Assembly (NCBI GenBank): GCA_015490535.1
Contig: WFXP01000107.1
Location: 3,548 to 67,547 of the forward strand
Origin: Gammaproteobacteria bacterium
GTDB taxonomy: Bacteria > Pseudomonadota > Gammaproteobacteria > Thiohalospirales > Thiohalospiraceae
Direction of reading: 5' to 3'
Length of the DNA stretch: 64,000 nucleotides
In this document: piece after piece, positions 10,419 to 21,410 of the stretch
How the letters are laid out: each line of letters starts with the position of its first letter
Numbering within the stretch: the first letter of the stretch is position 1
Notes under the pieces: model-generated
What the model was told of the DNA's origin: nothing
The model's database searches: none
The model's input: the letters and a program-made list of their open reading frames with translations, nothing else
Program-made: the position numbers and the translations under genes

Positions 10419-11062
10419 CTACCCCTCTCGTCACCCCATAACAGCTTGTGCAGCTGCAGCTGAAACCGCACCGGCAGCCTGTCCTCCACTATCCACTCGG
10501 CGAGCCGGACCGGAGAGAGCCGCCCCGCCGCGGGTGAGAACAGCACCTCGCAGCGGGAGGCGATCCCGTGCCGCTCCATACACTCCCTGGCCCAGAGGTA
10601 GTCCGCCCGGTCGCACAGCACGAACTTTACCTGGTCCCGGGGGGCGAGCAGCGGGATGTTCCGGTAGCGGTTACTCTCCGCCTCGCCCGAACCCGGGGTC
10701 TTGAGATCCATGACCTTGACCACCCGCCGATCCACCGCGGAGAGATCCTGCGCTCCGCCGGTCTCCAGGGAGACCTCGCGGAACCCGCGTTCGCAGAGCC
10801 GGCGCAACAGCTCCGGGGTGTGCTCCTGCGCCAGCGGCTCTCCCCCGGTTACGGTAACCCGCTCCACCCCCAGCGCAGCCACCTCCTCAACCACGGCCTC
10901 CAGCGTCATGTCGCTGCCGCCGCCAAAGGCGTAACGGGTATCACAGTAGCTGCAGCGCAGCGGACATCCGGTGAGGCGCACGAAGGCGGTGGGAAATCCG
11001 GCGCTGCGGGACTCCCCCTGCAGGGAGCAGAAGATCTCGGTCACGCGCACGGTACGCAGCAT
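10415..11062 (-). CDS. queE: 7-carboxy-7-deazaguanine synthase (radical SAM)
   Basis: 215 aa. FCSLQGES and [10 protein letters not shown] radical-SAM cluster. 4-nt overlap with queC. Confidence 0.9.
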   Translation of the reverse strand: MLRTVRVTEIFCSLQGESRSAGFPTAFVRLTGCPLRCSYCDTRYAFGGGSDMTLEAVVEEVAALGVERVTVTGGEPLAQEHTPELLRRLCERGFREVSLETGGAQDLSAVDRRVVKVMDLKTPGSGEAESNRYRNIPLLAPRDQVKFVLCDRADYLWARECMERHGIASRCEVLFSPAAGRLSPVRLAEWIVEDRLPVRFQLQLHKLLWGDERGR

Positions 11063-11085
11063 TGTTAAGCAGGTGCCAAACTATC

Positions 11086-11358
11086 GGGTCTTCACCGAAT
11101 CGTGTGGGTAAAATGGCAAATCACCGCGCAGCGGCTTCGTCCTTGACAGGCGGAATGCACGCCACATACTCGGAAGCCAAGAGGGGATTGGGGCTGTCTG
11201 GGCTGGGAAGTGGCGGATATCCACCACCTGCACCAATTGCACAACCGGTGCGGCTATCCCAAACTCTCCCCAACCCCCTTCTGCCGACCATCTTCCGGCG
11301 TGCATTCCGCCTCTCAAGGATGATTTACCATTTTACCCACACGATTCGGTGAAGACCC
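11086..11358. mobile_element. family A palindromic element, core-only copy (lacks the outer TAGTACTCTTTCAAGG arms)
   Basis: 37-bp perfect terminal inverted repeat (GGGTCTTCACCGAATCGTGTGGGTAAAATGG...). Inner 23-bp inverted repeat CCTTGACAGGCGGAATGCACGCC. Alignable to the other six loci. Confidence 0.8.
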
Positions 11359-11409
11359 AATTCCCGACAACAATATATTATTGCCGCCGATTCCCGCCCG
11401 CCGCACCGC

Positions 11410-12144
11410 TCACTTCAGATATTTCCGGGCCTGCTCCGCCTCGGGGCTGTCCGGAAAGCGCTCCAGCAGAGCCTCGAACTGCCTGCGCGCCGCGCGTGCA
11501 TTTCCCAGCTCCCGGTAGCTGAGTCCCATCTTGAGCAGCGCCTCGGCAACCCTGGCGTTGTCCGGATAGCCCTCGACGAATTTGCGGTACTCGGCGATGG
11601 CCCGCTTGTAGGCCCCCCGCACGTAGCGGATCTCCCCCAGCCAGTACTGGGCATTGGGGGCATAGCGCCCCCCGGGATAGGACTTCAGGTATTCGGTGAA
11701 GCCGCTCACCGCCCTGGGGTACTCCAGTTTGCGCAGATGGGCGAAGGCCTGCTGGTAAGCCTGCTGCTCGTCGGCATCCACGGCGACCTCCGGCTGCCGG
11801 GCCTCCTCCCCCTCCCCGGCCGGTTGCTCCTCTTGCGGCGCACCGCCGGGGGCGCTCTCCAGCTTGCCGATGCGCTCATCCAGATCCCGGTAGATCTCCT
11901 GCTGGCGGCGCTTGAGGGTCTCCAGGCCGTGCCCATGCAGCTCCAGCTCGCCGCGGATGGAGCGCAACTCCTCCTGCAGCTGCTCCAGGCGCAGGAACAT
12001 CTCGCTCTGCTGCTGAATGAGGCGCTCCAGGCGGACGATGCGCTGCTCCAGCTCCCGCTTGCTGATGGCCTGGGCGGAACCGGCCCCCAGCAGCAGGACC
12101 AGGCAGAGGGAGAGGGAGAGCCAGCGCCGTGGCACCGTTTTCAT
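11410..12144 (-). CDS. cpoB: Tol-Pal system protein CpoB/YbgF
   Basis: Signal peptide, coiled-coil N-domain, C-terminal TPR repeats (YQQAF..YPGGRYAPNAQYWLGE). ATG at 12142-12144 overlaps the pal stop. Confidence 0.85.
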   Translation of the reverse strand: MKTVPRRWLSLSLCLVLLLGAGSAQAISKRELEQRIVRLERLIQQQSEMFLRLEQLQEELRSIRGELELHGHGLETLKRRQQEIYRDLDERIGKLESAPGGAPQEEQPAGEGEEARQPEVAVDADEQQAYQQAFAHLRKLEYPRAVSGFTEYLKSYPGGRYAPNAQYWLGEIRYVRGAYKRAIAEYRKFVEGYPDNARVAEALLKMGLSYRELGNARAARRQFEALLERFPDSPEAEQARKYLK

Positions 12145-12671
12145 CGGCGGGCCGGGTAGCGCAGCACGGCGCGGCGGTTGAGACGCCATGCCGCTTCATC
12201 GTGACCGAACTCGGCGGGCCGCTCCTCTCCGAAACTGATCACCTCCAGCTGGCTGGCCGTCGCTCCCTGGAGCATCAGCAGCTGCCGCACCGCATAGGCG
12301 CGCCGCTCACCCAGGGCCAGATTGTACTCCCGGGTACCACGCTCGTCGGTGTGCCCCTCGATGGTGATCCGGACCGACGGATTGGCGGCCAGGTAATCCC
12401 CGTGGGCGCGCAGCACCTCCCGGAACTCCGGCGCCACGGTGCTGCTGTCGTAGTCGAAATAGATGGTGGTACGGGAGAGCAGCGACCCCGCATCCAGGGC
12501 CTTCCCTTCGACCCTCTCTTCCTGCACCACCCCGCGCCCCGCGGCATCCGCTCCACTCCGCTGGGTGCCAGTGGGTACGTTGACCGTCTCGTCCACCGGC
12601 TCAGTGGTGCTGCAGCCGGAAAAACCCACCACCAGAGCTGCGGCGACAGCACAATAGAACAGTTTTTTCAT
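12141..12671 (-). CDS. pal: peptidoglycan-associated lipoprotein Pal
   Basis: 176 aa. Lipobox (VVGFSGCS), OmpA-like domain (IEGHTDERGTREYNLALGERRA). Confidence 0.95.
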   Translation of the reverse strand: MKKLFYCAVAAALVVGFSGCSTTEPVDETVNVPTGTQRSGADAAGRGVVQEERVEGKALDAGSLLSRTTIYFDYDSSTVAPEFREVLRAHGDYLAANPSVRITIEGHTDERGTREYNLALGERRAYAVRQLLMLQGATASQLEVISFGEERPAEFGHDEAAWRLNRRAVLRYPARR

Positions 12672-12697
12672 AGATACACTCCTGTCTCGAGATAAAA

Positions 12698-12866
12698 GTT
12701 GAACCGTAACTATTCAGCTCACCCCTGAAATCCGCCAATGCTGCGTTGAAAAATGGTCATTTACCCTCGTAAACTCCCATTTTTCGCCTTGAACTGACCA
12801 ATTTCAGGGGCAATCTGAACAGTTACCAGCCTGTTTCAATACCATGCTGAATAGTTACGTTGAACC
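12698..12866. repeat. family B palindromic repeat, full copy
   Basis: Terminal inverted repeat GTTGAACCGTAACTATTCAGC / GCTGAATAGTTACGTTGAAC. Inner inverted repeat CCCCTGAAAT...ATTTCAGGGG. Related copies at 33286, 35226 and 57676. Confidence 0.75.
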
Positions 12867-12872
12867 CTGCTT

Positions 12873-14189
12873 CTACAGCGGTGACCAGGCCGGCTCGCGT
12901 ACGTCACCCCGTGCGAAACCCAGGCGCTGCCGGGTGCGGGTATCCACCGACGCCGCCTCCAGCACCCCCTTGCCGCGGATCTCGGTGGCATACAGTACCA
13001 TGTCGCCGTTGGGCGCAAAGCTGGGGGACTCTCCCAGGCGGGTGTCGGCGATGATACTCACCTGCCCACCCCTCAGATCCTGGACCGCAATCTGGAACCC
13101 CGCACCCCCCCGGTGCACCATGACCAGCCTGCCGCCGTCAGGGGAGAAAGAGGCCCGGGCATTGTATCTCCCTTCGTAGGTGACGCGGCGCGGTTTGCCG
13201 GTGGGACCGGAGGGGCCGACGGCGACCCTGTAGATCTGCGGGCTCCCCCCCCGATCCGAGGTAAACACCAGGGAGCCACCATCCGGCGACCAGGCCGCCT
13301 CGGTGTCGATGGCGCGGCTGGTGGTGACCCGGGTCAGCTTGCGGCTCGCCAGATCCAGCAGATAGATGTCGGCGTTGCCGTTCCTGGAGGAGGTAAACGC
13401 CAGCCTGCTCCCGTCCGGAGACCAGGCGGGCGCGCTGTTGATCCCCTTGAAACCGACTATGCGGGTGCGCTGCGCGGTCTCCACGTTCTGCACGTAGATG
13501 GCGGAGCGACCGGACTCGAAGCTCACATAGGCGAGCCTCTTCCCGTCCGGAGACCAGGCGGGAGACATGAGCGGCTGGCTCGACTCCAGGATGATCTGCT
13601 CGTTGTGGCCGTCGGCGTCCGCCACCGACAGGGAGTAGCGGGTGCCGCCGCCGCGCCGCACGGTGGTGATATAGGCGATGCTGGTACTGAACACCCCCTT
13701 CTTGCCGGTGAGCTGCTCGTATATTATGTCGCTGATCTGGTGCGCCACCCGGCGCAGGCCACGCCGGTTGGTGCGGTAACTGTAGCCCGCCAGGGATCTC
13801 CCCTTGTACACGTCAAACAGGTGGAACTTGACCTGGTAGCTGTCCGGCCCCAGCAGCTCCAGCTTGCCGATCACCAGATTGTCCACCCGCACCATGCGCC
13901 ACTCGGAGAAGCGCACAGCCGCGGCCTCATGGGGACGGGAGGGGAGTTCCCCTTCCGGCAGCGGCGCAAAATAGCCGCTGCGGGCCAGATTGGCCGCCAC
14001 GATGCCGGCCATGTTTTCGGGAGCGGCGCTCGGCGCGCTCCAGCCGAACGGAACGATGGCGATGGGCAGCGCCCCCTTCACCCCCTTGGTGATCTCGATG
14101 GTCAGCACCGCCTGGGCGCCGCCGGACAGCAGCAGCGCCCCGAGGAGGAGTGTCATCTTCAGTAGCAGCACTCTGTTGATCGCTCTCAT
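12873..14189 (-). CDS. tolB: Tol-Pal system beta-propeller protein TolB
   Basis: 438 aa. Signal peptide and repeated PAWSPDG propeller motifs. Confidence 0.95.
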   Translation of the reverse strand: MRAINRVLLLKMTLLLGALLLSGGAQAVLTIEITKGVKGALPIAIVPFGWSAPSAAPENMAGIVAANLARSGYFAPLPEGELPSRPHEAAAVRFSEWRMVRVDNLVIGKLELLGPDSYQVKFHLFDVYKGRSLAGYSYRTNRRGLRRVAHQISDIIYEQLTGKKGVFSTSIAYITTVRRGGGTRYSLSVADADGHNEQIILESSQPLMSPAWSPDGKRLAYVSFESGRSAIYVQNVETAQRTRIVGFKGINSAPAWSPDGSRLAFTSSRNGNADIYLLDLASRKLTRVTTSRAIDTEAAWSPDGGSLVFTSDRGGSPQIYRVAVGPSGPTGKPRRVTYEGRYNARASFSPDGGRLVMVHRGGAGFQIAVQDLRGGQVSIIADTRLGESPSFAPNGDMVLYATEIRGKGVLEAASVDTRTRQRLGFARGDVREPAWSPL

Positions 14190-15048
14190 GACTCTTTGAT
14201 GAATTTGAAATTCATTTCCGGGAAATTGGGCAATATAGCGGTATCGGAGGGCAGTGGCAAAGGGGATGCCTTGCGCACCGCAGCCTCCACCGAGCGGTCG
14301 AACACCGCATCTCCACTGCTTTGCACCGTCTTGACCACCAGCACCTCACCACTGGGAGAGAGCCGGATCCTCACCGTGGTGGACATCCCCTCCCGCGCGT
14401 TGGGCGGCTCGCGCCAGCGGCTCTCCACCCTGGAGCGAACCCTCTCTATATAGCGCTCCAGCTCGGCCTGATTCTTGCGGCGCCGCTCTCCCTCGAGAAA
14501 CTCCTCCTCCGCCGCCAGCAGACTCTTCAGCTCCTCCTCGCGCCGCCTGCGCTGCGCCTCCCTGCGGCGCCTCTCCTCCTCGGCCCGTTTGCGCCTCTCC
14601 TCTTCCTCCTTTTTGCGCCTGGCCTCCTGCTCCGCCTTTTTGCGCTTCTCCTCTTCCGCCTTGCGCCTCGCCTCTTCGGCCCTCCTCTGCTCCTCCTGCT
14701 GGGCCCTCTTGCGCTCCGCCAACTCTATCTCTCTGCGCCTCTTCTCCTCGGCCGCCCTGCGCTCGGCCTGTTCCCGCTCCTTGCGCAACCTTTCCGCCTC
14801 GACGCGCTTCCGCTCCTCCTGTTTCCGCTTCTCCTCCCGTTTGCGGATCTCCTCCTGTTCCCGATCCCGCTCCACGGCGGGGGGTTGAGGGTCCCGCTGC
14901 GGCAGTCTGTCCACCACCACCGCCTGAATGGCCGCGGTGGCCGGGGGGGATTCGCTGCTCCACCAGTCGAATCTCACCATGAGTATGGTGAACAGCACCA
15001 GATGCAGCAGTACGGCGATCAGCAGGTAGCGTCCCATCGGGTGACGGC

Positions 15049-15052
<4 letters not shown>
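14186..15052 (-). CDS. tolA: cell envelope integrity protein TolA
   Basis: N-terminal TM helix, long E/K/R/A-rich helical domain II, TonB/TolA C-terminal fold. Gene order tolQ-tolR-tolA-tolB. Confidence 0.85.
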
Positions 15053-15485
<433 letters not shown>

Positions 15486-15489
<4 letters not shown>

Positions 15490-16184
15490 TGGGCGACGGT
15501 CCGCGCGCCCCCCCTGGGCTGGTTAAAGCGCAGCATGATGGATATGAACTCCTCGATGAAGTTTTCGTAGCGGCTGGCGAGACGCCCCACCTCGGAGGTG
15601 CTGCGGTTGTAGGATATAACCGCAGGAATGGCGGCGAACAGCCCCATCGCGGTGGCGAACAGCGCCTCGGCGATACCGGGCGCCACCATGGCGAGGGTCG
15701 CCTGCTGCACGTTTCCCAGGGCGGTGAAGGAGGTCATTATCCCCCACACCGTGCCGAACAGCCCCACGTAGGGGCTTACCGAACCGATGGTGGCAAGCGA
15801 TGGAAGGCTGGACTCCATGGCATCCAGCTCCCGGTTCATCACCACGCGCATTACCCGCGCGGAGTTGTCCGTCAGCAGCTCGCGGTCAAAGGCGGGCTGG
15901 CGGCGCTGGTGAAGAAACTCCCGGTAGCCGGCCTCAAAGATGGCAGCCATCGCCCCCAACCGGTCATCCGAGCGCAACACCCGTTGATAGAGATCACCCA
16001 TGCGCTGCTCCTTGCGGAAGTACTCCTCGAACTGCTCGGCGCTGCGCCGTGCCTGGCTCAGCACCCTGCGCTTGTACAGGATCAATCCCCAGGAGTAGAT
16101 GGACGCCAGAACCAGGATGGCCATGACGATCTGTACCGGCAGGCTGGCATTCAGTACCAGATGGGTCAGCGTGAGTTCCTGCAT
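15486..16184 (-). CDS. tolQ: Tol-Pal system protein TolQ
   Basis: 232 aa. MotA/TolQ/ExbB channel motifs (IGSVSPYVGLFGTVWGIM). Confidence 0.95.
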
Positions 16185-16188
16185 CGTT

Positions 16189-16629
16189 CTAGTGGTGCTC
16201 CTCTAACCTGGGGTTCCGCTGCCTGATGCCGGCCGCTATCCGCTCCGGGATGGCGCAGGGCCTGAAGCCGGAACTGGCGAGACAGGCGATCACCATTCGC
16301 CCCCTGCAGAGTATCTGCCCCTGGCCACGCCGCCTCACGGCCTGGTGGATCCTGACGCTCGCCCCCGCGCAGCGCAGCACCCCGACGCTAACCTCAAGCA
16401 GATCGTCCAGCCGCGCCGGGGCCAGATAGTCCAGCTCGGCGCGCCGCACGGCGAACACCACACCCTCTTCCCGGGCCAGCGTGCCCTGCTCGACCCCCAT
16501 GGAGCGTAACCACTCGGTGCGCGCCCGCTCCATGAACCTCAGATAGCCGGCATAGTAGACCACCCCTGCGCAATCGGTATCCTCGTAATAGACCCGAACC
16601 GGCCAGATAAATTCACCCTTGTCCGACAA
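16189..16629 (-). CDS. ybgC: tol-pal associated acyl-CoA thioesterase YbgC
   Basis: 4HBT hotdog motif (VRVYYEDTDCAGVVYYAGYL). No in-frame ATG near the domain start. TTG at 16627-16629 is preceded by GGGGAG. The track ORF extends to 16779. Confidence 0.75.
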   Translation of the reverse strand: MSDKGEFIWPVRVYYEDTDCAGVVYYAGYLRFMERARTEWLRSMGVEQGTLAREEGVVFAVRRAELDYLAPARLDDLLEVSVGVLRCAGASVRIHQAVRRRGQGQILCRGRMVIACLASSGFRPCAIPERIAAGIRQRNPRLEEHH

Positions 16630-17361
16630 GCAGGAACTCCCCTCGCGTGCTGCGCACGCGCAAACTGTATTCAGTTTCCAATCCGGAGGCAAGTGATATC
16701 TTGAGGAAAGTGTGACGCAGGTTATAAAAAGGCCATCCTTGGCCCTCCCCTGGGGGGGAGACGGGGAGCCCACGTCCATGTCGTAGAAGCGATAACCAGA
16801 GGTGGGTCAAGACGGTACGCGCTACTTCCCATGCCGAGACCCGTGCGGAGACTCCTTCTCCTTGCTGTACCGGCTTTCGCCTTCGCCGGGTTAAATGCAC
16901 AAGGCATGCCACCAAAGAACATTTGGGTTTTATTCAGAGTCTTACATGGAACAGCTCCCACCAGGAGACTCCTCCGGCAACTCATATTGTCCCTGAATGG
17001 CGACACCGTTTTAGGCAAAACATGGTAACTAACTGATATTACGGGATATGAATGTGTCGCCAAATACAAACAGCAGCCAAAAGAATATCCCGGTTTTCTA
17101 ATCAAAAATATGGCGCACCCCGGGAGCCAGCGGTCCGCGATTCCGGCCAGCGCCAGTTAACGTACTGTTTTGTCTGATCAAACCGTTTGAATGGTCACAT
17201 GCCGGCCGCCCCCGGCAACGACCTTAATTTGTCATGCAATAGGTAGGGGAATTTTGCCGCTCTGGCCGCTCCCGGTGGCGGCGGGCAGCAGACGCTGCAA
17301 CCCGGATATCCCTTCCGGGAACGCCACAGCACCGGCGGAATGGTCATCCCTGCGGGAAACT

Positions 17362-17446
17362 GCGGCTGAATCTGATTGGGTCTTCCTCAAATCGTGTGGG
17401 TAAAATGGCAAATCACCGCGTAGCGGATCCGTCCTTGACAGGCGGA
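17362..17446. repeat. family A element, truncated copy (one arm only)
   Basis: GCTGAATCTGATTGGGTCTTCCTCAAATCGTGTGGGTAAAATGGCAAATCACCGCGTAGCGG..CCTTGACAGGCGGA, then similarity stops. Lies directly downstream of the rpoS stop. Confidence 0.7.
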
Positions 17447-17470
17447 GTGTCGGCATAAGGGAAGGAGCCC

Positions 17471-18424
17471 CTATTTGAACAGGGTATCCACGGAGAAGCC
17501 ATCCTTCTCCAGAATCTGGCGCAACCTGCGCAGGGCCTCTATCTGGATCTGGCGCACCCGCTCCCGGGTCACGCCAATCTCGTTGCCGACCTCTTCAAGG
17601 GTGGCGATGTTGCCTCCCTCCAGGCCGAAGCGCTTGATCACCACCTCCCGCTGCTTGTCGTTGAGTTGCGAAAGCCAGATCTCCATGTGGCTGCGCATGT
17701 TGTCATCCTGAAGAATTTCGGCGGGATCGTTGTCGCCCTCGTCCGGTATCGCCTCAAGCATGGTCTTGTCGGTATCCCTGCCGAGGGGCTCATCCACCGA
17801 GGCGATGCGGTCATTCAGCCCCATCATACGCATCACCTCCTCCGTGGGTTTGTCGAGAAAGCGGGCGATATCCTCCGGAGTGGGCTCGCTCCCCTCGGTC
17901 TGCATCAGATGACGCGCGGCACGGAGATAGACATTGAGCTCCTTGACCACATGGATGGGCAGGCGGATGGTACGGGTCTGGTTCATGAGGGCCCGTTCGA
18001 TGGTCTGCCTGATCCACCAGGTGGCGTAGGTGGAGAAGCGGAAACCGCGCTCCGGATCAAACTTCTCCACGGCCCTGATCAATCCCAGATTACCCTCTTC
18101 GATCAGATCCAGCAGCGGCAAGCCACGGTTCAGGTACCGACGCGCAATCTTCACCACCAGGCGCAGATTGCTCTCAATCATGTGCTTGCGCGCCGCCTTG
18201 TCCCCCTGCAGCACCAGGCGCCCGAGCTGCACCTCCTCCTCCGCGCTGAGCAGCGGGGAGAAACCTATCTCGCTGAGATAGAGCCTGGTGGCATCCAGCT
18301 GCGCCTCCGGGATGGTGACCGGCTCCGGGATCTGTGCCTCCTCTTCGTCCGGTGCCATGCCGGCCGCAGCTTCCATATCTGTCAACCCCCCCCACCCCGG
18401 TGGAATGCCGTGTTCCCCTGTCAT
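17471..18424 (-). CDS. rpoS: RNA polymerase sigma factor RpoS
   Basis: 317 aa sigma70-family protein (regions 1.2-4). Follows nlpD in the canonical surE-pcm-nlpD-rpoS order. Confidence 0.85.
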   Translation of the reverse strand: MTGEHGIPPGWGGLTDMEAAAGMAPDEEEAQIPEPVTIPEAQLDATRLYLSEIGFSPLLSAEEEVQLGRLVLQGDKAARKHMIESNLRLVVKIARRYLNRGLPLLDLIEEGNLGLIRAVEKFDPERGFRFSTYATWWIRQTIERALMNQTRTIRLPIHVVKELNVYLRAARHLMQTEGSEPTPEDIARFLDKPTEEVMRMMGLNDRIASVDEPLGRDTDKTMLEAIPDEGDNDPAEILQDDNMRSHMEIWLSQLNDKQREVVIKRFGLEGGNIATLEEVGNEIGVTRERVRQIQIEALRRLRQILEKDGFSVDTLFK

Positions 18425-18436
18425 GGATCCGTTTCC

Positions 18437-19246
18437 CTATCTTTTCGGCAGATACGTCAGCGGGTCGACCGGCCTGCCATTGCGCCTGATCTCAAAATGG
18501 AGCATAACCCGGCCTTCCCCGTTACTCCCCATGCGGGCAATCTGGACACCCCTGGCCACCTCGTCCCCCTCCTCGACCAGAAGTTCCCAGTTGTGGGCGT
18601 AGGCGCTCAGAAACCGCTCGTTGTGCTTGATGATGATCAGCTTCCCGTAGCCGAGCAACCCACTGCCACTGTAAACCACCTTGCCCGCCGCCGCAGCGTA
18701 GACCGGCTGCCCCCTGCGCCCCGGAATGTCGATCCCCGGCCGCCTGCCGGCGGGCACCAGGGGAGCTCCCCTGGTGGGCCAGATCCAGTCTATCTCCCCC
18801 CCATCACCATCCGCAACGGCGGACTCCTCCCCGGCCGGCTCCGTAATCGGTGCGGCTGTCGGTGGTGCCGGGAGGGTTACCGGACGTACCCGTACCGCGG
18901 CCGTGGAGCTCTCCGACCGGGTGGCCTGGACAGGAGCCGCCTCCCGCCGCCGGCCATCGCCCTCCCGGTCGGGAGGCGGCGCCACCCTTATGCGCTGCCC
19001 CGGCCGGATGATATAGGGTGGCGGAATATCGTTCCAGCGCGCCAGAAGACGATAGTCCTGGCCGTAACTCCAGGCTATGGAGTACAGGGTGTCCCCCGCC
19101 TGCGCCGTATGAAACCGCGGATGCCAGTCCAGCCGGGTATGCCTGTCCCCCGTCAGAACGGCATCACCGGCGCAACCCGACAGCAGCAGGGCCACCACCA
19201 GGCAGACCGCCGGCGGGGACACGGGGTGTCCCGGAGCACAGTTCAC
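18437..19246 (-). CDS. nlpD: murein hydrolase activator NlpD (LysM + M23 peptidase domains)
   Basis: Lipobox LLLSGCAG, LysM (HTAQAGDTLYSIAWSYG), M23 domain (GIDIPGRRGQPVYAAAAGKVVYSG). GTG at 19244-19246 follows GGAGGAG. The track ORF extends to 19459. Confidence 0.8.
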   Translation of the reverse strand: MNCAPGHPVSPPAVCLVVALLLSGCAGDAVLTGDRHTRLDWHPRFHTAQAGDTLYSIAWSYGQDYRLLARWNDIPPPYIIRPGQRIRVAPPPDREGDGRRREAAPVQATRSESSTAAVRVRPVTLPAPPTAAPITEPAGEESAVADGDGGEIDWIWPTRGAPLVPAGRRPGIDIPGRRGQPVYAAAAGKVVYSGSGLLGYGKLIIIKHNERFLSAYAHNWELLVEEGDEVARGVQIARMGSNGEGRVMLHFEIRRNGRPVDPLTYLPKR

Positions 19247-19356
19247 TCCCGCTCCTCCACCCTGTTGCAACGAGCCGCCATGCCGGCGCGTACCGCGCCC
19301 GTTCCCGCCCGCCCGTAGGGGATGGAGGGCGCTGACACTGTAGCGGAAGAGCCGGC

Positions 19357-19932
19357 TCATCTGGAGATCAGATACCCCACCACCACCGCAATCACCGTCG
19401 CCCACCCGATATAGTCTACATAACCGTGCAGCCTCTTCTCCATAGACTCTCCACCCCATCTCATCAGCGCCGCAACCAGAAAGAAACGTGCGCCGCGGCC
19501 TACCAGGGATGCTACCACAAATGGCAGGAACGGCATCGCCAGGGCGCCGCCGGCGATCGTGAATACCTTGTAGGGTATGGGCGAGAAGCCGGCGATGAGG
19601 ATCGCCCAGAAGCCGTAACTCTCGAACCAGGCCTGCGCCAGCTCAAACTTCTCCCAGTATCCGTATTCATGCAGCAGCGGCTCGATCAGATCGAGAAACA
19701 GCATACCCACCAGATACCCCAGCACCCCGCCGGCTACAGAGGTCAGGGTGGTCAGCAAGGCGTAGTGCAGCGCCCGCTCCGGCCGGGCCAGGGCCATCGG
19801 TGCCAGCATCACGTCCGGTGGTATGGGGAAGAAGGAGGACTCCGCGAAACTGAGACCGCCCAGAAACCAGGGGGCGCGACGGTGGCGGGCCCAGCGCATG
19901 GCCTGAAGATAAAGGGGGGAAAACAGTTTCAT
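19357..19932 (-). CDS. DedA/YqaA-family inner membrane protein
   Basis: 191 aa. SFAESSFFPIPPDVML motif typical of YqaA-like DedA proteins, with multiple TM helices. Confidence 0.75.
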   Translation of the reverse strand: MKLFSPLYLQAMRWARHRRAPWFLGGLSFAESSFFPIPPDVMLAPMALARPERALHYALLTTLTSVAGGVLGYLVGMLFLDLIEPLLHEYGYWEKFELAQAWFESYGFWAILIAGFSPIPYKVFTIAGGALAMPFLPFVVASLVGRGARFFLVAALMRWGGESMEKRLHGYVDYIGWATVIAVVVGYLISR

Positions 19933-19988
19933 GGGGAAATCCTCGATGGATCAAGTTACCAACCCGCCAGGTGATGGCTCCGGCAGTT

Positions 19989-20618
19989 TCACTCCCGCAC
20001 CAGGGGTACGAACCTGACCAGATCCAGCGTCTCGCAATAGCACTCGTCACCCCGCCGCGTCACCCGCACCAGCTCCTGCTCGCCATTTTCGCCCCCCACC
20101 GGAATCACCATCTTTCCCCCTTCCGCCAGCTGCAGCAACAGCTGTTCCGGAATCTCCTCGGCGGCGGCGGTTACCAGGATGCCGTCATAGGGAGCGGCCT
20201 GCGCCCAGCCGGCGCAGCCGTCCCCCGGTTTCAGATGGGTATTGTACAGGCCCAGCCGCCGCAGCCTGGCGCGCGCCTGGCGCAGCAACGGGGTGATGCG
20301 CTCCACGCTGTACACCTGCTCCACCAGGCTGGCCAGAACCGCTGTCTGGTAGCCGCAGCCGGTGCCTATCTCCAGCACCTTGGCACAACACCTCCCCCCC
20401 AGCAGCGCCTCGGTCATGCGTGCCACTATGTAGGGCTGCGATATGGTCTGGCCGTGGCCGATGGGGAGCGCGGTATCCTCGTAGGCACGGCTGGCCAGGG
20501 CCTCGTCCACGAACAGGTGGCGCGGCACCGAGCGCAACGCCGCCAGCACCGCGGGATCGCTGATACCCCGCTCCTGCAGGCGCTGCACCAGCCGGTTGCG
20601 GGTGCGCTGCGAGGTCAT
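19989..20618 (-). CDS. pcm: protein-L-isoaspartate O-methyltransferase
   Basis: 209 aa from the ATG at 20616-20618. [11 protein letters not shown] and [13 protein letters not shown] motifs. Confidence 0.9.
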   Translation of the reverse strand: MTSQRTRNRLVQRLQERGISDPAVLAALRSVPRHLFVDEALASRAYEDTALPIGHGQTISQPYIVARMTEALLGGRCCAKVLEIGTGCGYQTAVLASLVEQVYSVERITPLLRQARARLRRLGLYNTHLKPGDGCAGWAQAAPYDGILVTAAAEEIPEQLLLQLAEGGKMVIPVGGENGEQELVRVTRRGDECYCETLDLVRFVPLVRE

Positions 20619-20644
20619 GCCGATACCGTCGGGAAACTGACCGC

Positions 20645-21394
20645 TCACGGGATCTTCTCCACCCAGCGGGAGAGCTTGTCCAGCGCCTGGTAGCAGGTGA
20701 GGTCCACCTGCAGCGGAGTGATGGAGACCCGCCGGTTGCGGATGGCGTGGAAGTCGGTCCCGGGTCCGGAGTCCTGCTCCTCGCCCGGCGGTCCCACCCA
20801 GTAGATCTCCCGTCCCCTGGGATCCGTATCGCGCACCATGGGCTCCGCCTTGTGGCGGTGTCCCAGCCGGGTTACCTCGAATCCCGCGATCTCCTCCCAC
20901 GGAACATCCGGCACGTTCACGTTCAGAATGGTATCGGCCGGAAGCGGATCGCTGCGCAGCCGGTGCACCAGCCTGAGCGTCACCCTGGCGGCGGTTTGGT
21001 AGTGGTTGAACTCCCGTCCCACGAGCGACACCGCCATTGCCGGCAGCCCCAGAAACCGCCCCTCGGTGGCGGCCGCCACGGTGCCGGAGTAGAGCACGTC
21101 ATCGCCCAGGTTGGCCCCCGCGTTGATCCCCGACACCACCATGTCATGCTCCTCATCCAGCATCCCGGTGATGGCCAGGTGCACGCAGTCGGTGGGTGTG
21201 CCCTCCACCCGGTAGAAGCCGTTCTCCTGACGGTGAACGCGCAGGGGGTTGTCGAGGGTGAGGGAGTTGCTCGCGCCGCTGCGATCCCGGTCCGGCGCCA
21301 CCACCGTGACCCGACCCAGCTCTCCCAGGGTCCGCGCCAGCACCATAATCCCTGGCGCATGGCAGCCGTCGTCGTTACTGAGCAGAATCTTCAT
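20645..21394 (-). CDS. surE: 5'/3'-nucleotidase SurE
   Basis: 249 aa from [16 protein letters not shown]. The track ORF is an upstream extension. Confidence 0.95.
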   Translation of the reverse strand: MKILLSNDDGCHAPGIMVLARTLGELGRVTVVAPDRDRSGASNSLTLDNPLRVHRQENGFYRVEGTPTDCVHLAITGMLDEEHDMVVSGINAGANLGDDVLYSGTVAAATEGRFLGLPAMAVSLVGREFNHYQTAARVTLRLVHRLRSDPLPADTILNVNVPDVPWEEIAGFEVTRLGHRHKAEPMVRDTDPRGREIYWVGPPGEEQDSGPGTDFHAIRNRRVSITPLQVDLTCYQALDKLSRWVEKIP

Positions 21395-21410
21395 TTCCGG
21401 TGCGAAAACC

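Noticed and set aside
14460-14880. Highly repetitive GAG/AAG/CGC-rich stretch that looks like a tandem repeat.
   Set aside because: It is the Glu/Lys/Arg/Ala-rich helical domain II of TolA, a normal low-complexity coding feature of this protein.
16831-17028. 65-aa ORF with a signal-peptide-like N-terminus in the rpoS-ybgC gap.
   Set aside because: No ribosome-binding site was seen and no recognisable mature domain. The composition is atypical. It is kept only as a remark in the gap finding.
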